Part shown: positions 12,246 through 25,716 of the stretch, piece after piece
Numbering within the stretch: position 1 is the first letter of the stretch
Layout of the letters: every line of letters starts with the position of its first letter
Assembly (NCBI GenBank): GCA_000320545.1
Contig: ADNK01000480.1
Location: 1-41,273, forward strand
Source: Bigelowiella natans CCMP2755
Taxonomy: Eukaryota > Protista > Cercozoa
Direction of reading: 5' to 3'
Length of the DNA stretch: 41,273 nt
Position numbers and translations under genes: made by a program
Notes under the pieces: generated by a model
What the model was told of the DNA's origin: nothing
The model's input: the letters and a program-made list of their open reading frames with translations, nothing else
Databases searched by the model: none

Positions 12246-13135
12246 TATCTGCTCCGTGCCTGACCTTCAACACAACCTATACTCGCTCTCGATGATAAAT
12301 GTGATAGCCTTTATCCTTGATGGAGGAATGGGTTTGTTTGTAAGAGCCAGTATTCCGATCGCCCCCTCAACTCGCAGGAAACAGGACTGGCCGGGGGGGG
12401 GTGTCGTAGGTGAGTCCGATTTTCCAATCTGTGTCTGACAAGAAGCGTATGGACCAAGAGAGAAATACTTGGGAAATTATTTCTACGACATCATATTATC
12501 ATTATTTAAAAAGAAAATGCATTGCATTTTCGGTACGTGTTTCTCAAATTTAAGTTGAGCAGGGAGTGGCGCTTGGAGTGGCTTATTTTTCAGAGCACAA
12601 ATTTGATACTAATATGTCGCATGTGAGGATTCCATCCTATTAGTTGGAAATCAGCACCGTTCTCAGCCCAGAATAATCGAATAATGCCAAATGATGATGG
12701 ACAAAAGGAGCCGGTAGGAGCAAGAAAGCTGAAAATTACTCAAAAAAAATGTAGGCGATTTCGGCAGCGTTAACTTCCCAACGGGCGAGAATTTAAGCTA
12801 ATGCGACCTTCAGATACACTTGTCTTTGAAGAAAAACATGGGCTTTTTTCAAAAAACTAGGTTGGGCTCCTAACAACCAGGTTGTGGCAAGCATCCTCCT
12901 TCCTTTTGAGTGGTTTAGAACACATTTACGGAATTGTTGCTTTTTTGGTCTTCCTGCTGCATGTGGCCGAAATTAGTCAATTTATTACCCTGAATTTGAC
13001 CACTTACAAGAGTCAGTAATCGTTCTTGTTGTTATTGTTGTCGCGGATTCTGTTGCGTATATTCGTTCCGTAGAATTTTCCTTCTCGTTCAAGCAGAAAG
13101 AAGGGACCGCAGCGGTCCCCCCCCCTTTCGAAAAC

Positions 13136-13702
13136 ATGCGATGCAGCCAGTCAAAATCCAGGGGGAAGCTACTTGCAGTCACCTTCTTGGCAGTACTTGT
13201 CATTGCTCACTACAAACTCATGAAGGTTGCAAAGAGAGAAGATCGTGTGCGCACTCTGACACTCTAATTTCTTGCTCAGACAATCCAGACTCAGTTCCGG
13301 AGCAAATACACTTTGCTAATGTTTACGGTAAAACTTTATCGCAGCATGCATCTATATCTTTTGCACCCTTACTGTGTTCCCATAAAGGCTGTGGTCGGAA
13401 CTCTTCCGTTATTCTTCGTAAGATGGGCGGCAAAACTCGAGCGCAGGATGGCAGCTTCCAGAAAGCAGCGGAATGAGAACTCAGAAGCAGAATTTCTTCC
13501 ACCCGAGTCTGAACTCGGGGATAAGATTGATGAGCACAGTACAGAGCAGAATATAGGGACAGAGCATAGGAGTGAAGATTCCAGACATAGATGTTGCTGC
13601 TGGCTGATTCCTCCGGAAGTTCTAAACCGCACTAGGCCCTCCATTCTTCTCCGACAAGCTGTTTACATCGGTGTTGTGTTTCACCAGTCTAATACCTTTA
13701 TA

Positions 13703-13767
<65 letters not shown>

Positions 13768-14004
13768 TGAAGAAGATACTGATTATTCAATTTTGTAGGA
13801 GTGATGAATTCCCTGGGCTTCTTTGCTTCCGTAGCTGCTATCACGAACACACCTCTCTGGGTACTACATGAAGCAGCCCCTTTATGTCTATAGAAATTCC
13901 CATTCTTAACGTGCACTCTTCTTCCAAAATCCTACTGAAATTTCCTCTAAAAATATGAAATCGCAAATCAACCACCTTCCCCCCACACACCCATCCACAC
14001 ACAC

Positions 14005-14041
<37 letters not shown>

Positions 14042-15549
14042 CCGTGCAGATCTCGATGGCCCTATTCAAAGTGGATTGTGCCTTTAATCTGGCGCTCTCC
14101 GTCCTTTTCCTTGGGGAGAAGTGCTCTGTCTTGAAGGTTTCCGGATCGGTGAGTAATAAAATCATGATGAGAAGTGTCGTCAGAGAGAAAGACAAAGTTG
14201 GGAAGTGTGCTCTTGGATGGCTCTGACTTAACTGATATGACTTAGTTGATGTCATTGGCCGGAGCTGCAGTGTTATCAGTGAGTTAACCGATTTCTATTT
14301 TATACACACGCGCTCATATATGCTTATGTGTTTGTTTGGGATCAAACAACAACAGGTCAGCGCCTACCTCACCCGAAACAGTGGCGGACAAGAGAATACG
14401 TTGTTCGGCGACGTAGCCTCGGTGATAGGAGAAGCATGCTTACATGAATCTTAAGTGGCCAGTTGGAGATGCATCCTCATCATCCCCGCACAACCCCCTT
14501 TTTTTGGTACAACAGTTAAGCTACGCGCTCATTCTTTCCTTCCTCATGGTTGGCTGGAAGGTAACCCACAAAATCCAGATTTCGCACGTCCTCTTGTACA
14601 GGGGAACAACGACTAAAATACTCCTCTGTTCTTATCCACATGAAGTTCTTCCTGAAAGATTTCTCGTGGCCATTGTTGTTAACTTTGAACGGAATGGCAA
14701 GGTATAGCAGCGCTTTCAAAGAATGATCTCTACTCTGATCTCATCAAGAGAAAACTCTACTAAATAATAAACAGCTGCGTGCAAGTTGTCTTAATGCTGC
14801 CAGTGCTAGCTTGGGCATATGGCTCTAATACGGAGGTAACGCGCAAATAGTGACGACGACGCACTTTAGCCTAACAACTGAGTAAAAAACTGCTCGATGG
14901 TTCATGTTGTGCTACTGCACCAGGGAGCGCATTGGTCTTCTCCCGGCGCTGTTATAGGATGGTGCCTGTTGAACGGTCAAGCAACAACAATAACAACAAC
15001 CCACGGATGAAATCATCAAACATCCAACCGAGGCATTAAGTACATGATGCATGATGATGATGCATCATCTTCCGTAGGGTTTGTGTCGCTGCTCCTCGCG
15101 ATCTGGTGGTCCTTTTGTATTGGGTGAGTAAGCCTAACAACATTTGCACTGTAACAACATTTGTCAGTATGCTGCCTCGATTCTTCTTACTCCTCCTCCT
15201 CCACATTCGTCCGCTAACATCCCAGATTTACCTCGCCTACCTATGTTGCCGTCGCTGGAGTGGCTGTTGTACCGCTGACCACCCTTTTGGACTACCTCAC
15301 CGATAATGTACGTATGATGCTTGTTTTAGCGCAGGAGCAGGAGGATTTCCATTTTTACTTTTTAATTTCACTTTTACATTCTTCCAAGACGACGATAAAG
15401 GAGTACTAGGTGGTTGTTTATCCGCGTCGGTGATCAGTTATGTCAGCGAGTAAGTGATTCACGCAAAGCCTTGTTCACTATTTTCAGATTCATCTCCATT
15501 GGCTGGATGGAGTTGCGACTGCAGTGATCCTCTCAGGTGGCAGGGAACA

Positions 15550-15588
<39 letters not shown>

Positions 15589-15674
15589 CCATATTTATAC
15601 ATATAAGACTGATGCAATGCTAAAAAACATTAATTTGTTTCAAAATTCATCCTAATATTGCTTTGCAATGCTGC

Positions 15675-15715
<41 letters not shown>

Positions 15716-15906
15716 ATTTAGTCTCAAAATCTTCAACTTTTATTAGTGTGATGAGGTGTTCAATAATGCCCAGGTTTCTTTCTTACCAAGTACGGATACG
15801 ACCTTTCGGAGAGCAAGAATCAGCAGGTAGAAACTCTGCTCTTCTAAAACTTCGTCTCTTTGCTCTAACCGTTGATGATTTCCAACACCTGCCAGTCTCG
15901 TTCTTT

Positions 15907-15946
<40 letters not shown>

Positions 15947-16066
15947 TACCAAGAAGTTGAAGACCGGCACTTGATCAATAGTGACCAAAGCGAATATGAG
16001 CATCGAGCAGCAAATCCAGTGTTTGGGATGGGACAACATGGCGAGGAACTGAAGACCGATCATTAG
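13136..16066 (+). CDS. Drug/metabolite transporter (EamA/DMT, SLC35F-like) multi-pass membrane protein
   Basis: Spliced hydrophobic exons: MRCSQSKSRGKLLAVTFLAVLVIAHYKLMK; GVMNSLGFFASVAAITNTPL; ISMALFKVDCAFNLALSVLFLGEKCSVLK (DMT-type LSxxFLGEK); LMSLAGAAVLS; NTLFGDVAS|LSYALILSFLMVGWK. Terminal exon ...GEELKTDH*. Confidence 0.8.
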
Positions 16067-16329
16067 TGAAAAATGTGAAAAATGATGTAATACAAGATTG
16101 ACGAGATGTTTTCATCATCGCCTGTTAAATTTAATATGGGGTTCTTTTCTTTTTGTAACTTGTACGCACGACGCACATGCATTCACCATTTCACCAAGCC
16201 CTTTATTTTCACCTTATTCCCTCTGTTTGCAAGTATCTATTCTTGCATGCATAGCATCACCTTTGTCTGTCTAGATAGATTGTCGAACTTCGCCTTCTTC
16301 ATGCAAATTGTAGTTACGTACTCCCCTCT

Positions 16330-17060
16330 CTGGGCTACCGATCGTGCCTACTAGCCTAAGAGAGAACACAGAATTCATTGCACGTGTGTAAACTTTAAGC
16401 AGGTTGTGAATCTAAATTATAATTCGAAATCTACCGGTCAGATGCTGCTTCGTGCATGCACGCTAGCACGTTTTAGGACTTCTTGCATGTTCTTGTGACA
16501 TGTTGATGGTCAGTGTGCACCGATTTTTCTGTCAGGTCCATCTAGCCATGTGTGATGGCGCGCGAGGGCATGCAGCACATCTGGTCGCAGGCCCATCTAG
16601 CCATGATTGGGCTCTGCTAATCTGTGTCAATCACATGTCCAATGCTGTGATCGATGGCTAGATGGTTGGACATGCTGAGACCATGATCACAATGATCACA
16701 TGCATCTCTAGATCTAGACACACTGCTAGACTGTCTAGCTGCTGCACACTGGCCTTGCTAGCTTGCTGCACTTGAGCGCAAAAAGTCAACGCAAATGGCA
16801 ATGCGTGCTGGCGTGTCGCATCTCTAGATCTCTAGATCTGTCTAGCTAGCTAGCTGTCTCTAGCTGGCTAGGTCTGGCTAGCTGGCGACGCTGCGATGCA
16901 TTGATGTCAGTCGGCATGTGAGCAGCTACAGACCTACAGGGTTCCGCCAACTTCCAGCTACTTTCTCCCGAAAATCACTTGATTTTTGGGTCGCAGGCCT
17001 GCTGGGCTGCAAGCAGCCTGGCAGCCTGCTAGCGTAGCCCAGCTAGCTAGCAGGGATCGT
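16330..17060. other. CTAG/AGCT/CATG palindrome-rich intergenic spacer 2 (tail-to-head junction)
   Basis: Runs such as tctctagatctctagatctgtctagctagctagctgtctctagctggctagg; same vocabulary as spacer 1. Confidence 0.85.
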
Positions 17061-18095
17061 CACAACAGCAGCGTCCCGGTGCACGGTTTCCGGAATGTGT
17101 TAAGAATGTGTGCGGTTTGCCTTCCGCAATCCTGTTGTCCCTTTCAGCTTGGGACACAGAAGGTGAATGACAAGCCACACTGGCACACCTCAGGTTTTGC
17201 TTTGCACCACGCTGGCATGTGTTCTGGACGTTGCAATGAAGCTCAATGCCTCTGCAATCCTTCTTCACGTTCCTTCGGGTAGGATTCGGGCCTACCCGAC
17301 TTTTTGAACGTGATCTGATTGTGACATGATGCCCTTTGCCCTTTTTTTTGGCGCAGGTTGGCCACCATTTTTTCACGGTCCGGTCGCGAACTCAACGGTG
17401 CAATTGAACGGTGCTGTCATTCATTGGTAGCGGGCAAAACTCTCTTGTGTTCCGAAGGAAAAGTCGTATTTTTCTCTGTGATTTCTCGGAGATTTTTGTC
17501 GGAAAACCCTTTCTTTTACCAACCTGCGTCTGGGTTTGGGTGCTCGGATTAGGAGAAAATCAACCGTGCTTCAGAATTTTCGCAACGAGGATCCCAATTA
17601 TTCCTGGATGGCTCTCGATCTGGATGTCGCAGGTACAATCTTCCCTACTTTTCTTTCCGAGACTTGGTTTGGAAGAGTTCTCACTTGCCCCGCCCGCCCT
17701 TTCTCCTACGAGTTCGTCCAACAGAGACAGCAACAGGGGAGGATTTTCTTCGCTCCTCCGCAGAAGCACTCGGCCCGTTGCCATTAGAGGGAAACTCCGG
17801 CTCGACCCCCCCCTCTGCTGCATCGAAACGTTGCGACTGTCACTCGTGCGCGTACTAGTTCAATCTCTTCTCCGCGAGTTCTTTCCTCCCTCTTCATTCC
17901 GGAGGTAGCAAACTCATATGAGACGCGAACTCTTCACTAATTATAGTTTCATTTGTAGTATTCATGGTATAAAGTTTCGCAGAATTAAAATATGTCGAGG
18001 GAATTGACTAATTCTGCCCGTGCTTATCCAACTAGCTTTGCCCTGTCTTCGCTTCTATTGCAAGTAGGGTTTTCGCCTCCCCGTAGAGACTCATC

Positions 18096-19546
18096 ATGCA
18101 ATATCCACCACTGGAGATCTTACCCCTCAATGAAGGTGAGCTCGAATTTCACTCCCTCTTAAGCAAGATGTCTTTCTTCGTTCATGATGACGTAATCAAT
18201 CACCCGCCATTGCTTCAGGATGGGAGAAGATATACAAGATGGGCGTTTTGCCATTGCAGCAATCTGTTGAAGGCCAAGGAACCGAACTGTAACTTCAACT
18301 CGTTATCTAAAAATAATCGCAGTAGTCGTATACTGCTTGCCCAAAACCCACCTCCCACGTGTCCTCTTCCTCCTCCTCCTCCTCCTCCTCCTCCTCCTCC
18401 TCCTTTTTATTAATTCATTCATTCATTCAGATGGGGGGCGAACAAGTTTATTATGGTGTATGACCTGGTTTTCAAGTTGTGCATCCAAAGAGATCCATAT
18501 AACTACTCTGAGCAGATATATAAAAACTACTGCAAGGTTGAGCACCTCAATCACTACTGCGACGACGACAACACAAAGCTGCTAAAACTGCTGAATGTGC
18601 TAACATCAATCCCCTCCCAGGTTATTGGGGAATACATTCATTCGGGATCGGAGCATTTATCGTGAGGATAACATAACTTACTATCACTGACCCACCATGC
18701 TAATGCGCGTGCTCTGCAATTTTCCCCCGCATCTAGCCGCGCGCAGAAGGACTCGGATTCGAAATATCTTGAGGAGTTTTACCTTAGATGGACTCGATTC
18801 TCGATATACATCAACCGGATGACGAAGGTGAGGGGGGGGGGGGGGGGGGAAGGGGTGTTTCTAATTATACACATGCACGCCGCCCCATGACAACACACGT
18901 GATGTAGTCCTACTTTTGCCCTGTAACAAACAACAAGGTTTTTGGATATCTGGACCGTTTCTACACGCCTAACTTCCGAGTGAGATCCACCTCCGAAGAG
19001 GTAAATGCCCCCTCCCCCGTGCGTGCGGCTGTATTAGCAACGAAGAGAATGATATTTTACTGTTTCTGGTGTATGGCTGCCACCGGTCAGGGGACCTTCC
19101 AGTTCCGCAAATGGGTGCTGTCCCCGTCTCTCGGCAACGTCCTAAAGGCATCGAGCAACCTATTCCGATCAGAGAGTGCTGAGGACGTCGACGTATGATC
19201 ATGTGTCCAATGTTGTTGTTGTTGTAGCAGCGGAAAGAGGGCACAGCTGTTGTTTTCCCGGTTATTTTGGTGCTATTTGTTCTACGATGATACGATCGCC
19301 CTGGTGCATTTTTTGAGTGATGATTCGATAATAGGCCGTGCGGTTTGCTCTCGCAGCACTCATTGATGCCTGCAACGTGTGTGGCACCAGCGCAGGTGTC
19401 TTGATTATCTAGATCTAGTATGTTCGGCGATGCAGCAGCAGCCAGCATCATCATGCACGCTCTTATTCAACCGAAGGAGCAATTAAATGGCTAGAGTGCG
19501 ATTACGATTGATATACTGACACCCTTCACCTCCCCCGCCCCCGCCC

Positions 19547-19589
<43 letters not shown>

Positions 19590-19881
19590 TCTCTCTTTCT
19601 CTTCAATTTGTGTAAATACATCTGTGATCCCACCCTTCAGAGGAGATGGAGAAAGTCGTTGCGTGTTTGCGCAGGATGTGGTGCGACAAAATAGAGGGCG
19701 AGATGCTGGTAGCCCTGCCTCCGTTCTTCAAGGTGAGGGCAGCATCTTCTGTACACCGTGGTGGAGTTCCGTGTGTGTGTGCGAGCGAGCTTCTCTGTTC
19801 AACAATAGCCACTCACGAAGGGGGATCACTTCTATTCTGTCCATAATGAGAATATGACCGTCTTGCATTGTGTCGTTTGCT

Positions 19882-19916
<35 letters not shown>

Positions 19917-20020
19917 ACAAGGGGGGACTGGTCCGATTGATAATAAACTATGTGTGCCCGGATTGCTTTTCGGGTAGGAGAAGTGCTCATTCCAACATTA
20001 ACAACAACAACAACAACAAA

Positions 20021-20054
<34 letters not shown>

Positions 20055-21862
20055 TCTGAACGCAAACGTATACGACGACGCAGACGAGGATGATGATGAC
20101 GATGACACTATCTCACCCGCGGGGGACCATGAGACACTCTGTCTCTCACACAAACGCGCGCACACACACACACACACACACATAAACGCACATGTACGGT
20201 ATTCTGTTGTTCTCCTCCCATCTTCATTCCTACTAGATTGGATCGTCGGATGCAATAGATGGGGGGCGATGAAATGCAAGAGAAGGCAATACAAAACAAC
20301 GAGAAATGGCACCGGATCACGTTTACCCTCCTCTCACTCCTCCTCCTCATCCTCATCATCATCCTCATCCTCATCCTCCTCCTCCTCCTCCTCATCATCA
20401 TCATCATCCCCGGCCGTGGCAAATATTTCTCACCGAGAATCAGTACCCAGCGGCGAGCAGGACACCCCATCGCCTCCTTCGTTGTTTTCATCGTCGTCTC
20501 CCTCCTCCCCCCCCCGAGAAGAAAGGCAAAAGGTGGAGGATGAGGAGAACAATAATGGCCGAAGACCGCCGTGCGAAGCATCATCGAATAGCAATTATTC
20601 CTGGGAAAACGAGATCGAGCAGTTTTTCCCTGTGCAACCTCCGCTCATTAGCGAAGATACAAGAGCAGAGGGAGGAGGCGTCGATCGTAACCCAAGGGCC
20701 GCGGCCTCGTTCATGGACGGCGTGGCAAGCCGTGAGCAGGACGACGCAAATTCTATGCATCAGCTTTGCGCTTTGCGGCGCCATCATCGTCATGTGCACA
20801 GGGAGAGGCGAGAGGGAAATTCGGTGCGAGACGATCATCCTCCGGGCAGCCCTCTTTCTTCTTCGGGGGCGAGCGCCGCCAGGAGGAGGTCCACCCCCCC
20901 CCCCCCCGCTGTACCGATCTCTGTATCGATCATGCAGGACAGGATGAGGAAGACCGTCAGACTGAGGTCTTTGATGCCGAGGAGCTTCCTCTCCGTCTTC
21001 GGAAAAGAGTAAGTTCCCTTGCTCCAAAGGCTGCAGCCCCTTCCTGTGGTTTTGGGTGCTACTGCTGCTACTCCTACTGCTGCTGCTGCTATTCTAATAG
21101 TGTACTCTCCAAACGATGATCATCCCGTGCGCGAGACGATCATAACATGTCTTCTTCTTCTTCTTCTTCTTCTTCTTCTCATGCGTCATCATCTAGAAAT
21201 CTAGAATGGAGTGATGATGAGGCCGAGGGCAAAGCGACGACAAGCTCGAAGGCAGAGGCCCACGAAAAGGAATCACCGATCGAGCCAAGGTGGGGGGGGC
21301 GACGTTATCAACAGCATTCTAGAACTGACGCATCGACAACAACAACAACAGCAACCACCACCACCACCACCACAACAACTCTATATCATGCATTACTACT
21401 ACTTGTAGGTGCCACCTGTTAAAAACCCATGCCAAAGAACTGAACATGCTCAAGGTAGCAGCAGCTGGCACGAAGCTCTGAGCTAGTTCATTGCTCAATT
21501 GATGGTCTGTTTTGTATTGCTTCGTTATTCGCAGAGGATGGGCTTCAAGGACCGACGGAAAAACAAGGCGGTAACAAACAGTCGTGCGCGCAATCATGAG
21601 GCTCCTCCTCCTCCTCCTCCTCCTCCTCCTCCTCCTTATCCTCCTCCTCCTTCAACACAGCACTGTACTAAATATTTAGGCGCTGCGTTGGACATGGGGT
21701 AATCTCAATGAAGCGGTCAAGGTCCTGCTCGCAAAGAGAAAACCGAGTGGTTCGCAGAAAAAGCTACCCCCGATGCGGAGGAGACGCCCGGAGACGAAAG
21801 AGGAGGAAAGGGAAAAAAATGGTGAAGTAGATGCGACTTGTAAAATTGTCAAGACCGGATGA
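18096..21862 (+). CDS. Cullin N-terminal-repeat protein (CUL1-like, truncated) with low-complexity linker and C-terminal UBA domain
   Basis: ILPLNE|GWEKIYKMGV; FIMVYDLVFKLCIQRDPYNYSEQIYKNYCK; YLEEFYLRWTRFSIYINRMTK|VFGYLDRFY match cullin repeat 1. ELNMLK|RMGFKDRRKNKA|ALRWTWGNLNEAVKVLL is a UBA (MGF...GN..AV..LL). Stop TGA at 21860-21862. Confidence 0.85.
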
Positions 21863-21949
21863 ACTAGGGAAGCATCATGCCGTTGTAAGTGCGATTCACG
21901 CTTATCTGAGCAGTCAGTGCTGTCAAGGAATGAAATGTGTTTCGCTAAG

Positions 21950-22600
21950 ATGTCATTTAAACACCCAGATATATTGCTGCAATGCGCACCATGCGCGAGC
22001 TAGCAAGTGTACATCTAGCATATGCCATGCTAGCATGGCTTGTCGCTTGTTGCATGCGGCATGCTAGCATGCATGTGCCCATGAACTACCTTGCTAGGTA
22101 GCAACATATACAGTAATGACCAGACGAGCGGAGTATCTGTCAAGGATACCTAGCTAGCGATGTTATAATGTGTACATGACGCCAGGCACACATGCTAGCA
22201 TGAGACGGATGTAATAAAACAATTAATAACCATGTCTAGATATTGTAGCATTGAACAAATTCGATCATTTGAATAATTACATCCGTCTTACATAAGCACG
22301 CTATATGACACACACTTGTAGCGCCATGCTGCATGCAGATCCATGCTGCGCTCTTACAGATTGCTAGGCTCGCGCTAGCATGTGGAAAGAGACGAAAACA
22401 CTGAGATAGCACTGCATCGTCGTGCAGCTAGATAGGTAGGTATTATGCGTTCGATCATGGTGCGATAGCACAGCTGTATTAGCCCCTACTTATTATTACC
22501 ATCTAGATATTCAATGCTGGCACGCACAGCAATACAAACTTTGAACTTTGCTTTAGCTACAGTAGGTTGCCAGCATCGCTAGATCTAGCACGTAAGCGCA
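21950..22600. other. CTAG/AGCT/CATG palindrome-rich intergenic spacer 3 (convergent junction)
   Basis: Repeated catgctagcatg (22026, 22060, 22191) and gcatcgctagatctagca. Confidence 0.8.
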
Positions 22601-22830
22601 TTTCCACAGTTGTTTCCAGGAACCCGCTTAATACTCGGCTCATGAAGATTCTCCCTCGGGATTCACCAGCTTCAGGATATCGTTAAATGTACGATCATAC
22701 TCAGAGGTGCCTTGATTTCATTAAAAAACACAATAATTATAACACAACAACAACGTGAGCGGCCTTACGTGTACTACGACTGCACGAGCATAGTGAGAGG
22801 TTCATAGATTAGACCCTGATTAGAATCTAG

Positions 22831-23490
22831 CTATTGCGGCAAGCAACCGAGCATAGCATCGACGATTTCTTGATCAGCCAGCGCTCGATCATACACGCAC
22901 GCTTTCATGATCTTTCCTGCGAAGAGCCTGTAAGGGGGAAAGAACCTTGTCAAGTACCCAGCCATTCGGTCTCGCGCCGCCTTCGCACGAATTCTACATG
23001 TTCCCCCCATTATTATTCAGTGACCACCTTGGTTGAATGTCGTCTTTGGGATTCGTTTTCTTCCTCGAGCCAAAGAGGCCCAGCGCACCCTCAGCGAAGT
23101 TCTTCGTTTTCCCTGATTTGATTTTGGCAGGAGAGTGGGTGACACGGTTTAGCCATAATTCGCTCACGCAACAGAAGATCGCATCCAGGAAAAGAGGCAG
23201 CAAGGACAGACCGATGAGGCTCGTGTCGACGCAGTGAGGGCGGAGGCCGAACAGCACCACGCCTAACAAGGTATTTTTTTTTAAGAAAAGGCGCGCGAGA
23301 AGATGATTGATTATTGGGTTGCTTGAAAAATCTGGCCGTCCTTCTTTCCTCCAACCGGCCAAGATGTTGTGGTTGGCTGTTGCGTAGTAAGCTCATGCAT
23401 ACAGCGTAGCAGCATGCTACTACTACCGCGGCACACATGCGTGGATCGAAAGCGATGTAGGGAACTCACACACACGCACACACACAGAGA

Positions 23491-23537
<47 letters not shown>

Positions 23538-23771
23538 GCCTACCTTTTTTTGAGAGAACAGGTAAGGGGTTGGTAGACTTGCGGATTCGGTTCCCGTAGC
23601 GCTCACCATTGCGATAGATGGTGATGGTACCTGTATGGTTCGTCGTGGGCGCATGCATACAAACCTTATCACGATGATGATGATGATGATGATGATGAAT
23701 ACTATAAGCACTATTAGTATTATTATTGTTATTCATTATTACCATGCAACTACTTCTACTACCACCACGAA

Positions 23772-23802
<31 letters not shown>

Positions 23803-24116
23803 TTTCACGACTACCATCTGCTTCATAGGAGACAGCGAGGTGGATAGTGTTCTTCGAGTCTGAGTAGGAGGTACGACATGTGACGAGATGGTAGTAAAAC
23901 CTCAAATTGGTGCAGTTGCCTAATGTTTTGCTATCCCCGTACTCTTACCACTCCATACAGCAACTACCACAACTATCGTGCATATATCCTGTGTGCATGT
24001 GTGTGTGTGTGTGCGTGTGCGTGTGCGTGTGCTCTTCCACCTTGCTCCTTCAAGCCCTTTATATGGCTACTGCGTTTGTTGAACTGTGATTTTACGAAAC
24101 ATCTTGAGGACGGAAT

Positions 24117-24161
<45 letters not shown>

Positions 24162-24389
24162 TTCCAAGAAAGAACACTGTGGAGGCATCCCTTCCACCTG
24201 AATTTTACAGTCCCTCCCTGACCCCACACCACCACAAAGCACCCTGCATACGCGACCACCGCCCGCATGCTGAGAGATGGAACTTCACCACACATGCACA
24301 CACACACGCACACGCATCTCCTCGACTTCCCGGCTCACCTCGCTTCCTATGCCCCAAGTCTCAGGAGAGTGCTCGCCATATCTGCGAAA

Positions 24390-24426
<37 letters not shown>

Positions 24427-24604
24427 TCATCATCATCATCATCATCATCATCACCATCACCATCACACCCCATAGGTCAAGATCGCAGCACTGGACGGTT
24501 GCCATGCATGGAACCGAACATATGTTGCTTACACGATGCCATCGTAGCATCCATTTCCATCAGCCTAAAAAAGTGATATTTACTAACTTTAGATGCGCCC
24601 TCTG

Positions 24605-24673
<69 letters not shown>

Positions 24674-24899
24674 TTCACAGCGTGGCCTATCAGCAGCAGC
24701 CGTATGAAAGAGACGACGGCCATTTGTTACTACCTGAACACAGAAGAGCCCACCCCCCCTCTGCTTGATGTTCCCGACCTATATTCGTATGACAAGATGA
24801 TGATCGCGCAAGTGCACAACAGCAGCAGCAGCAGCAACAGCAGCGTGCATTTCCGATCTTCCCGTTCAGGGTGGAGGAGGAGGAGGAGGAGGAGTCGTG

Positions 24900-24933
<34 letters not shown>

Positions 24934-25026
24934 TCCTGCTCTCATCATGGTATGAATGTTCCTGGCTGCCTTCATCCCTGTCGCTCTAAACTACTACCAC
25001 TGCCACCACCACTACTACTACTACTG

Positions 25027-25060
<34 letters not shown>

Positions 25061-25211
25061 ACCTGGCACCAAATCATGATCGTCTTGGTAAGAACTGCGG
25101 TGGTGAATGGCAGCGATTCTGCGTACCTGATAGGCAGGTAGACAGACAGATTGTTGTGAAAAAGAGGAGGGGGGAGAGCGAGCGCGAGCGCGAAAGCGAG
25201 AGAGAGAGAGG

Positions 25212-25252
<41 letters not shown>

Positions 25253-25336
25253 CAAACATCTATCAACATAAAAATGGCTAACAGCGCGTTCGATATAGTA
25301 CGTCTTCTTCCCGTCCAGTACCAAGGCTCCTACCGT

Positions 25337-25371
<35 letters not shown>

Positions 25372-25678
25372 TATCATCATCATCAATTCCAGCAACAACG
25401 CGACTAATTGAAGGTTTCCTCCTCCTCCTCCTCCTCCTCCTCCTCCTCCTACTACTACTACTACTACTACTACAACTACTACTCTTACCTCCTTGCACGG
25501 AGCAGCCGTTTTTGAGCTTAAGATGCATCCCACCCACCTGATCCTGGACACCCTGCCATCGGAGAGTCAGTCATCCAACAAAAGCACGGAACAACAGCTA
25601 TCATCAACAACGCTGCTGATGGTGTGTGTGTGTGCTGCGTCCGCCCTCTTCCACAAAACTATCAACAACGCTGCTGAT

Positions 25679-25716
<38 letters not shown>

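Noticed and set aside
17411-17908. 165-aa plus-strand ORF upstream of the cullin-like gene
   Set aside because: Non-ATG start and no recognisable motif; more likely promoter or 5' UTR.
23330-23385. Possible exon with a non-canonical GC donor in the LamG gene
   Set aside because: A canonical GTAGGC donor after ...PVLSKK joins in phase to GVVLFGLR, so no such exon is needed.
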